A DNA stretch of 64,000 bases from an uncultured Chloroflexia bacterium (GTDB taxonomy: Bacteria > Chloroflexota > Limnocylindria > Limnocylindrales > CSP1-4): positions 3,392,001-3,456,000 of the forward strand of contig OY970218.1 of assembly GCA_963713975.1 (NCBI GenBank), written 5' to 3'. Positions within the stretch are counted from its first letter, which is position 1, and each line of letters opens with the position of its first letter. Below are positions 57,469 to 64,000 of this stretch, piece by piece. The position numbers and the translations under genes were made by a program. The notes under the pieces were generated by a model. The model saw only the letters and a list, made by a program, of their open reading frames with translations, was not told the origin of the DNA and did no database searches.

Positions 57469-57614
57469 GCCGCCCAGCGGTTCTACCGTTGGGTCAACCT
57501 GCGTTTGACTCGCCTGGCGGCACGTCTATCGGCCGGCGGGGCTCCCTCACCCCACTTGGGTGCCGCCGGGCGGCGCAAACTGGCAGGCACCCGACCGTTG
57601 GGGCGCTCAGCGGC
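57469..57614 (+). repeat. Palindromic element family 1, copy H
   Basis: Direct repeat of copy G, offset 1218 bp. Confidence 0.9.
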
Positions 57615-57805
57615 GCATGGCTCGGCGCAGGCGGGGTCGACTCAGACCGTGGGCTGCCTTGTGCGTGTCGAGATTCTCGTTCGCCCAGACGTAGAGACGG
57701 TAGGGCGCCGTCTGGCGCGGGTCGATGACGTTGGGGCTCACGGCGCCTCCGGGCGGCGCGGTCGGCTTCGGGCGGCCGTCGTGGGGCTGCTCGTGCGCGG
57801 ACGGG

Positions 57806-58096
57806 TCAGGCAGGCTGCTGTGGCCGAAGGAAGGCCGCGGGCCGCTCGATCGCCTCCCCCGTCGGGGCCGGCCCATCCCAGATCAGCGTCTCGGGAGCGA
57901 TATCAACATCCCCGGGCCAGACCAGGGTGCCGTACGCGACGGCGACGCTCCGGAACAGGCCTTCATCGGCGGCGATCGGATCGAACAACGGCCCACGGAG
58001 CAGGTCCGCGAGGTCGCGAACGACCATCTCGCCATCCGTCAGGGTGAGGCGGACGGTCCGGTCATGCATCGGTGCGACGGCAGCAATCTCAAGCAT
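57806..58096 (-). CDS. DUF2442 antitoxin (DhiA-like)
   Basis: 'V.P...TV.LT.TDG....D...L.GPLF.P....F..V.V..GTLVWP..VDIAPE.L'. Confidence 0.85.
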   Translation of the reverse strand: MLEIAAVAPMHDRTVRLTLTDGEMVVRDLADLLRGPLFDPIAADEGLFRSVAVAYGTLVWPGDVDIAPETLIWDGPAPTGEAIERPAAFLRPQQPA

Positions 58097-58106
58097 CGCG
58101 CCGATC

Positions 58107-58364
58107 CTAGTCGATGGGTTCCATGGGCACCAGCGGCAGCTGTTGCCGCGCCAGCTCCCAGTCGACGAGCAGCTCCTGGGTTCGGGTGGCCGCCCACTCG
58201 GACACCAGCGCGAGCGCTCGCGGCGGGAGCGATCCGGCCAGCAGTTGGCCGTCCGTCGTGACCGTCGCTGACGCGCTGCCGCAGCGAGCGTGAAAGTGCG
58301 GTGGCGCGTGGTCGTTGTCGTTGAGGGTGATGACGATCCCGTAGAAGCGGCTGGCCTCGGGCAT
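58107..58364 (-). CDS. DUF4160 toxin (DhiT-like)
   Basis: 'MP..SRFYGIVI....NDH.PPHFHA...G.LP.RAL.LV.EWA....EL...W'. Confidence 0.9.
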   Translation of the reverse strand: MPEASRFYGIVITLNDNDHAPPHFHARCGSASATVTTDGQLLAGSLPPRALALVSEWAATRTQELLVDWELARQQLPLVPMEPID

Positions 58365-58686
58365 TCCAAGAGCCTACGAAGTCGGAGTTCGCGGCCGCTT
58401 GTGCCGTGGCGTGAATGTCGCCAGCCCTGGCCGATCTCAGCCCGCGACGCCCGCCCGGCGTGGCTGCTCGACGATCCGGAAGCCGACGGAATGGAGGACC
58501 CGGGTGATGTCGCCGGGATGCGGCAGGCCCTCGAGGATGACCCCATTCCGACGCGGCGACAGGATCTCGATCCGATGGCCGAGCCATTGGCTCCGTAGTT
58601 GATCCCGCGGGCATCGCCGTGACGGTCCTGGCAGTCCCCGAACGGGGCGCCCGTGACGGCCGCAGGGACTTGTCCGTCACCCCAAC

Positions 58687-59290
58687 CTACGGGTCACCGA
58701 GGTCCAGCGTTGCCTGCTCATACGAGGCCCGCGCCTCGGCCGCACGCCGCTTCTTGGGCCGCCTGCGACCCAGTGTCCCCTCCCTGGCCGCCAACCACCC
58801 AGTGGGGACCTCCGGGACCTGCGCCGTCTCCAGCGGGATCCCGCCCCGGTCGATCAGCCTCCGGTTCCCGTCCGGCATGTCATCGGCGTGGCGGACGAAG
58901 ACCGGGACCCAGCGTCCGGCCAGCGCCTCGACCGCGCCGGCCCACGTCCCGCCACTCTCGGCAGCGCTGGCGATGACCACCCCCACGTCGGACAGGGCGT
59001 AGACGACCTCGTTGCGGCCCATCGCCGCCCCGGCGGTGAGCCTGCGCCCGGGTGGTAGGGCGACGCGATGAGGGCCTGCCCGTCTGCCAACGCGACCCTT
59101 GTGGATGCCTCGCGGGTGCGCCGGTCGATGCCCTCCGGGAGGATCCCGATGACGCGACCGCCCGCCTGGAACGCAGCCTGCATCGCCTGCTGGTTCACGC
59201 CGCCGTACGGTAGCCGCAGGGCGGCCGCCAGTCGCTCTGCGAACGCACGACGAGCGTCTTGCGGTTGCGCGATGGTGTCGCCGTCACCCA
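58687..59290 (-). pseudogene. dprA: Truncated, frameshifted DprA/Smf-like gene
   Basis: 'AFAERLAAA..GV.QQAM.AA..AGG.VIGILP.G...SPYHPGAG', frameshift near 59038, then 'GAAMGRN..VYALSD..VV....GGTWAGA.E.L'; N-terminus and the VSGGA motif are missing. Confidence 0.8.
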
Positions 59291-59296
59291 GCTGGG

Positions 59297-59581
59297 TCAG
59301 GATCGGGGCGCGCCGGCCTCTCGCGCGTCCTCGAACGAGACGATGATGACGAGATCCGCAGCCTCGTCATAGGCGTAGACGATCAGCATCCAGGGCCACG
59401 GGCCGAGAAGGAATCGGAAACCGTCCCATCGCCCTCCGAGCGCAGGACCAACCAGCGGGTGCTCCGCGAGGTGCGCGACAGCCCACTTGACCCGGTCTCG
59501 TGTCGATGCCGGAAGGCCGCGGGAACGGATGAGACCATCGAGATCGTCGCGCGCCGGCAGGGCGACGACGATGCGTGCCAT
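59297..59581 (-). CDS. RelE/ParE-family toxin
   Basis: 'A.DDL..L.......L.EHP..G......R......LIVY.YD....V.IV'. Confidence 0.75.
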   Translation of the reverse strand: MARIVVALPARDDLDGLIRSRGLPASTRDRVKWAVAHLAEHPLVGPALGGRWDGFRFLLGPWPWMLIVYAYDEAADLVIIVSFEDAREAGAPRS

Positions 59582-59587
59582 TGCGCG

Positions 59588-59848
59588 TCAGAGCTCCTCG
59601 AGGGGGATCGCCTGGCCAGCCTTGGCGGCCGCGAGACCGGCCTGTGCCCGACCGAGAGCGCCGGAGATCGAATCCAGGACGGCGGTAATGGTCACGGCAT
59701 CCGGGTCCGCGTGGTCGAGCGCCGTGGACAGCAAGGATCGCGCGATCGTCCCCGGCTGGACATAGGTGCGCTCGGCGATGGCGATGAGCTTGGCCGCGTG
59801 CTCCTCGTCCAGCTGGACGTTGAATCTGGTCGTCGGGTCCTGTGCCAT
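59588..59848 (-). CDS. Ribbon-helix-helix-like antitoxin
   Basis: 'RFNVQLDEE...KL...A......ARSLL..AL'; ends 'AG..IPLEEL'; upstream of the toxin. Confidence 0.75.
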   Translation of the reverse strand: MAQDPTTRFNVQLDEEHAAKLIAIAERTYVQPGTIARSLLSTALDHADPDAVTITAVLDSISGALGRAQAGLAAAKAGQAIPLEEL

Positions 59849-59857
59849 GGGTGTCCC

Positions 59858-59888
59858 TTTGTACACGATTCTACACGTTTCGTGCATC
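59858..59888 (-). promoter_or_regulatory. TA promoter/operator
   Basis: Minus strand CGTGTAGAATCGTGTAC: TAGAAT -10 overlapped by two CGTGTA repeats. Confidence 0.5.
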
Positions 59889-60089
59889 TTAGGGTCACCC
59901 ACACCCGTCGTCAACAACCTCGTCTCCGTCGCCCTGGTCGATGCCGGCCCCCATCAACCGGGAGGTAGTCAACCGCGACGGTACGCGCCAGCGCTTATCG
60001 CACGCTTTGGTCCGTACTCCGCGGCGATCATCGCGACATGCCGATGGCGGCCGCGCGCAGCGGCCTCGGGGACCCCGGGGCTCCGCCCG

Positions 60090-60446
60090 TCAGCTGCCGA
60101 CGGGCCGCCGAACCAACCCTGTCAAGGACACGCCGGCGCCGATGATGACGAGCACGGCCCCAGCGACCAGGTACGGCGTGACGTCGGGCGCGACGCACTC
60201 GGTGAAGGAGTTGGGCCCCGATCCGTTCGACGCGGCGCATCGGGCGTTCGCGAGGACGAGCAGCCCGGCCATGCCTGCTCCCAGGCCGATGATCAGGCCA
60301 CCAAGCCCGAGGGGACGCGCCTTCTCACGCGCCGCCCACACCACGGCAGGAACCAGCACGAGGAGTGCGAGCACGCCCACCACGAGGGCCGCGCCACCCG
60401 CGATCAGCCCGAGGGCGATCCCGAAGACCCAGGACACAACCCGCAT
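60090..60446 (-). CDS. Small membrane protein
   Basis: GGAG RBS; hydrophobic helices; two Cys in a loop. Confidence 0.7.
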   Translation of the reverse strand: MRVVSWVFGIALGLIAGGAALVVGVLALLVLVPAVVWAAREKARPLGLGGLIIGLGAGMAGLLVLANARCAASNGSGPNSFTECVAPDVTPYLVAGAVLVIIGAGVSLTGLVRRPVGS

Positions 60447-60539
60447 CTGTCGTCTCCCGTCATGCGACAGGCGCACTGTCCGCTTCGGGGTCCAACTGGT
60501 CAAGGGCCGGGTGATCGCGATCGGTGCTAGCACCTTGTG

Positions 60540-60660
60540 CGCGCGGTGGCCTTGAGGCGATCTGCGCGATCCGCTGGTGGGACACCTTGAGCAGGCGGCC
60601 GGCATCGCGATTGGTGAGCCCGACCTGTGCGAGCGCGCCGACCGCTCGGCGCATTTCCTC
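60540..60660 (-). pseudogene. Possible remnant of an HTH antitoxin C-terminus
   Basis: 'RAVGAL...GLTNRDAGRLL.VSHQRIAQ' with no recognisable N-terminal part. Confidence 0.4.
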
Positions 60661-60764
60661 GAGGGCCGGCTGCCGCCTGCCACGAGAGCCCGGCCCCGGG
60701 GCGATACTGGGCTTGCGTCCACGGGCGGTTCGGCATGTCCAGGGCGCCGCATGGAGGACAGCCG

Positions 60765-61328
60765 ATGCGCCCCGTGACCTACTCGATGGGCATCTCGCTC
60801 GACGGCTACATCTTGGGTCCGGACGGCCGCTTCGAGTGGGCCGATCCCGACCCCGACATCTTCCGCCTCCACCTCGACGAGCTCCGCGGGGTGGGCGTCC
60901 ACCTCATGGCCCGGCGCCTGTACGAGACGATGCTGTACTGGGAGACCGCCGACCAGGACCCCTCCCTCAGCGACGACGAGCGCACCTGGACCGCGCTCTG
61001 GAACGCGCTCCCGAAGGTCGTGTTCTCGACCACGCTCGCGACGGTCGAGGGGAACGCCCGACTGGCCACGGGCGGCCTCGTTGACGAGATCGCGCGCCTC
61101 CGCGCGGAGTCCGACGAGGGCGACATCGCGATCGGCGGGGCGACGCTCGCCGCCGCGGTGGCCGCCCTGGACCTGACCGACGAGTACCGGCCCGTGGTTT
61201 GCCCCGTGCTCCTCGGCGGCGGCATCCCCTACTTCCCGCAGGCCGAGCGCCGGGTGAACCTGGAGCTCGTGGACCAGCGCACGTTCACCTCGCGGGCGAT
61301 GCACCTGCGGTACCGGGTGGTGCGATAG
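60765..61328 (+). CDS. Dihydrofolate reductase / RibD C-terminal family protein
   Basis: 'SLDGYI.GPDG','RRLYE.M..W','PKVVFS.TL','IGGATLA','PV.LGGG.P.F'. Confidence 0.92.
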   Translation: MRPVTYSMGISLDGYILGPDGRFEWADPDPDIFRLHLDELRGVGVHLMARRLYETMLYWETADQDPSLSDDERTWTALWNALPKVVFSTTLATVEGNARLATGGLVDEIARLRAESDEGDIAIGGATLAAAVAALDLTDEYRPVVCPVLLGGGIPYFPQAERRVNLELVDQRTFTSRAMHLRYRVVR

Positions 61329-61432
61329 GTCGAACAGCGGGCGGGGCGCCGAGATCCTGGCAGCACGGTGCAAGCCCGGGCGTGGTTCGCCTACGATGTC
61401 CGCGCTGACACCAGATCGTCCCGGAGGCCACC

Positions 61433-61987
61433 GTGTCCACGCTGCCCGATCGTCCCCACACCGCCCTGCTCGTGATCGACGTCCAGAATGCCGTCGTCGC
61501 CGACTGCTACCACCGCGACGAGGTGGTCGCGAACATCCGCACCCTCGTGGACCGGGCGCGTGCCGAGGGCACCCCCGTCATCTGGGTCGCCGACGACGAC
61601 GAGGGCCACGAGATCGGCAGCGAGCCCTGGCAGATCGTCCCCGAGCTCCCGCGCGACGACGCCGAGCCCCGGATCGACAAGCACTACGGCGACGCCTTCG
61701 AGGAGACCGACCTCGAGCAGGTCCTGGCTCGCGCCGGCGTCGGGCGGCTCGTGGTGGCGGGCGCCCAGACCGACGCCTGCATCAGGTCCACGATTCACGG
61801 CGCCTTCACGCGCGGCTACGACGTGACCCTGGTCGGCGATGCGCACACGACCGAGGACGCCACCCAGTGGGGCATGCCGGCTCCCGACGCGGTGATCGCG
61901 ATGACCAACATCTCGTGGAAGTACCACACGGCCCCGGGCCGGACGGCGGACACGGTGGACACGGCGGAGGTCCGCTTCGGGGGCTGA
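61433..61987 (+). CDS. Isochorismatase-family cysteine hydrolase
   Basis: 'ALLVIDVQN','K.YGDAF','GAQTDACIRST','DAHTT'. Confidence 0.92.
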   Translation: MSTLPDRPHTALLVIDVQNAVVADCYHRDEVVANIRTLVDRARAEGTPVIWVADDDEGHEIGSEPWQIVPELPRDDAEPRIDKHYGDAFEETDLEQVLARAGVGRLVVAGAQTDACIRSTIHGAFTRGYDVTLVGDAHTTEDATQWGMPAPDAVIAMTNISWKYHTAPGRTADTVDTAEVRFGG

Positions 61988-62298
61988 ACCATTCAGCCCG
62001 CCGGCGACGGTGAGGCACATCGGGCGTCCGTGAGTATTGCGCGGCACCGTTGCGGCGAGCTCGCCGTCCAGCCACGCGAGCGCTCAGGGGGCGAATGAGG
62101 GCCCGCCGCGCGCCGCGTACGCGATGATCGCCTGCCGCTGCTCGGGGGTGGCCGCTGCGGGATCGAACGCGGCCATCAGTCGAACACCGGTCGCGAGATC
62201 GACCGCGCCAAGCCCAGCGCCCTTGACGGGAGCGCCCAAGATCAGGGCAGACGCAGCATCCGCTCCGCAGCCGCACCACCAGGGCAGGAGGACCCGCG

Positions 62299-62634
62299 AT
62301 GCACCCGATGACAAGCACCGAGATCGACGCGATGTTCGATGTGCTGGTCGAGACCTGTGGCGCCGCTCCGGAGACGAGGTATGCGTTCGTCCAGAGCTTC
62401 GAGCGGCAGTTCGCGGCGGCAGCCGCGGGCTCGAGCGAGCCCGCCACCTTCATGATCGGCGGCTACCTGGGGTCCGGGGGCGCGGTCGTCATCCACGACG
62501 ACGGGATCACGGTCACCGCGATCGACGACACCCCGCGGGTGCACGCGGTGGTCAAGCGCGCCAACGCATCGCTCGCCCGACTGTACGCGAGCCTGGGGAC
62601 GACACCGGCCGAGGCACCGGGAACGGGCGGCTGA
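62299..62634 (+). CDS. Hypothetical protein
   Basis: AGGAGG RBS; 111-aa ORF. Confidence 0.6.
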   Translation: MHPMTSTEIDAMFDVLVETCGAAPETRYAFVQSFERQFAAAAAGSSEPATFMIGGYLGSGGAVVIHDDGITVTAIDDTPRVHAVVKRANASLARLYASLGTTPAEAPGTGG

Positions 62635-62722
62635 CCCAGGCGGCCCACGAGCCAGCGGGCGGCGAGCCCTCAAGGCGGACTCCGTGGCGCCGACGTGGCA
62701 GGATCGAGGGCGCTGCCCAGTC

Positions 62723-63028
62723 CTACGAGCGGTGCCCTCGAGAGCCCCGGCCGGCGGCGGGGTCGGGCGCGTAGGTCTCGAGCAGGCCCCGCAGGACCTC
62801 GCTGACCGTGCGACCCTCCTGCGCCGCCTTCGCGACCACGCGATCACGCAGTGGAGCCGGGACCCGTACGGTGACCCGTGGCGAGTGCTCCGTGCTGCCG
62901 CCGTCCAGAAAGGGCCTCCCTGTGCGCGGTCGCCACGCGGAGATGTCGTATCCCTGCTCCGCTTCGTCGGCCAGGCGATCGAGGTCCTCGTCCGTCAGGC
63001 GTCGTCCGCTCTTCGTTGTCACTGGCAT
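62723..63028 (-). CDS. CopG/RHH antitoxin (BrnA-like)
   Basis: 'LADEAEQGYD....GRP.......RV...LRD.....A..EGRTVSEVLR'. Confidence 0.8.
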   Translation of the reverse strand: MPVTTKSGRRLTDEDLDRLADEAEQGYDISAWRPRTGRPFLDGGSTEHSPRVTVRVPAPLRDRVVAKAAQEGRTVSEVLRGLLETYAPDPAAGRGSRGHRS

Positions 63029-63291
63029 CGCATCACCTGCGCATAAGCAGCCTTGAAACGGGATCGCATGCGCATCGCATGAATGACGACCAGGTCCCCG
63101 TTCTCGAGCTCGATGCCAGCGACCTCCAGAGGGACGCCGTCGGCGTCAGGACCGAGGAACATCACGTGATCGCGTCGGCCCAAGTCCTCGTCTGGCGCGT
63201 ACAGCGGACATGGACAGGTCCCAATCACGAACGTCGCTCGCTCCAGGCTGATGCCGTGCCTCCCGGCTGAGCGTCGGAAGTGGATCGCCAC
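63019..63291 (-). CDS. Putative BrnT-like (RelE-fold) toxin
   Basis: 'SA.RHGIS......GPD..G.PLEV........VIHAM.MR'; overlaps the antitoxin. Confidence 0.75.
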   Translation of the reverse strand: MAIHFRRSAGRHGISLERATFVIGTCPCPLYAPDEDLGRRDHVMFLGPDADGVPLEVAGIELENGDLVVIHAMRMRSRFKAAYAQVMRCQ

Positions 63292-63300
63292 TTGTTGGCT

Positions 63301-63330
63301 ACCTTATGTCGGACACAATGCCCTTGTCAA
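63301..63330 (-). promoter_or_regulatory. Sigma-A promoter with an operator in the spacer
   Basis: TTGACA-N18-TAAGGT on the minus strand; palindrome TGTCGGACA at 63307-63315. Confidence 0.65.
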
Positions 63331-63784
63331 TCGGCACCAACCATCCGGCTACGCGTGCCAACCAGTGCGGCGTTCCACAGGATGCGGGTCCCCACTCTCC
63401 TGCTGCTTACGTCCCAGCGGCGGCACGCCCTCCAGGCCACACCGTGTCCAAGTACACCTTCGCGAGATCCACCAGCACCGGTGCGACGTCGCGGAGCGCG
63501 TACGGCTGCCCCATCGCGATCGCCTCCTCGGCCGGCCACTCGCGCCAGATGTGGCCGCCCACACCCCAAGGTTGAGGGGACCGATCTGGGGCCAGTCGTC
63601 GACTGTCTCGACGCACCGGCCGGTGGCGACGTAGGCAGGGCCTCGACCGGTTCGTAGTCGACCGTTCGCGCAGGCGGCGAGCTCGAGGCGCGCCGGCCCC
63701 TCACACGCCAGCGAACCAGAGGGCCGTCCGGGAGGAACGTTAGGCAGGCTGAAATCAAGGTCAGCGGCGCGCTAACCTGACCGG

Positions 63785-64000
63785 ATGCGGGTGTTCGAAC
63801 TCTACCGCTACATGAAGCCCAGTCCGGGCCCGGACGTCGAGTTCATCGACGGGTACCGGAACATCTTCCACGCGACGCGGTGGCCCGCATGGCCCGGATT
63901 GGCTGACGCCGGGCGAGTCCAGCTCGACCACGGCATCGACTCGGTCAAGCAGATCAAGGCTGTCGACGGCGTCCGGCGGCCGGCAATCCTGATCGCATCG
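63785..64000 (+). CDS. MspJI-family modification-dependent restriction endonuclease, N-terminal part (runs off window)
   Basis: Absent from the ORF track. MRVFELYRY...DVEFIDGYRN.....VQLDHGI......DG.RRPAILIAS resembles the MspJI N-terminal SRA-like domain as recalled; TAACCT 6 nt before ATG. Confidence 0.65.
   Translation, partial: MRVFELYRYMKPSPGPDVEFIDGYRNIFHATRWPAWPGLADAGRVQLDHGIDSVKQIKAVDGVRRPAILIAS

Noticed and set aside
6035-57614. Family 1 repeats as integron attC sites (GTTCAAC fits RYYYAAC, GTTGGGT fits GTTRRRY, core about 124 bp)
   Set aside because: AAC/GTT is not conserved (TAC in G/H, GTA in E/F), the copies are not in an array, the enclosed genes have mixed orientation, and no integrase is in the window. 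Not fully excluded; an attC CM or IntegronFinder run would decide.
62084-62314. 76-aa minus-strand ORF, and the similar 63407-63616
   Set aside because: No recognisable family or convincing start; possibly gene remnants.

Overview
64 kb of very GC-rich bacterial chromosome; the gene content and TANNNT leaderless starts fit Chloroflexota (Limnocylindria-like) or Actinomycetota, by inference only. No rRNA, tRNA, CRISPR array, integrase or transposase was recognised. The left end holds an ECF sigma / anti-sigma pair and a large secreted FN3-repeat protein. Next is a ~9 kb minus-strand redox cluster (ArsR, DsrE, TusA, MvhD, two HdrA/Qmo-like flavoproteins, small wHTH, QmoC-like membrane subunit, two hemerythrin-like proteins), with no HdrB or AprAB in the window. 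The middle carries a two-component system, cysE-cysK behind a candidate Cys leader peptide, housekeeping enzymes, three ABC exporters and UvrD2. The right end is a defence/TA region: RecQ-PRTase, broken DprA, three TA pairs and the start of an MspJI-like enzyme. The most striking unexplained signal is a family of eight ~140-bp palindromic intergenic elements. Six form three sequence-matched direct-repeat pairs about 1.0-1.2 kb apart; one pair brackets an XRE-HTH/nuclease-fold gene and the others bracket ordinary cargo genes. A second, unrelated ~155-bp double-hairpin element occurs twice, once inside a 23-bp direct repeat. Identities quoted are manual counts.
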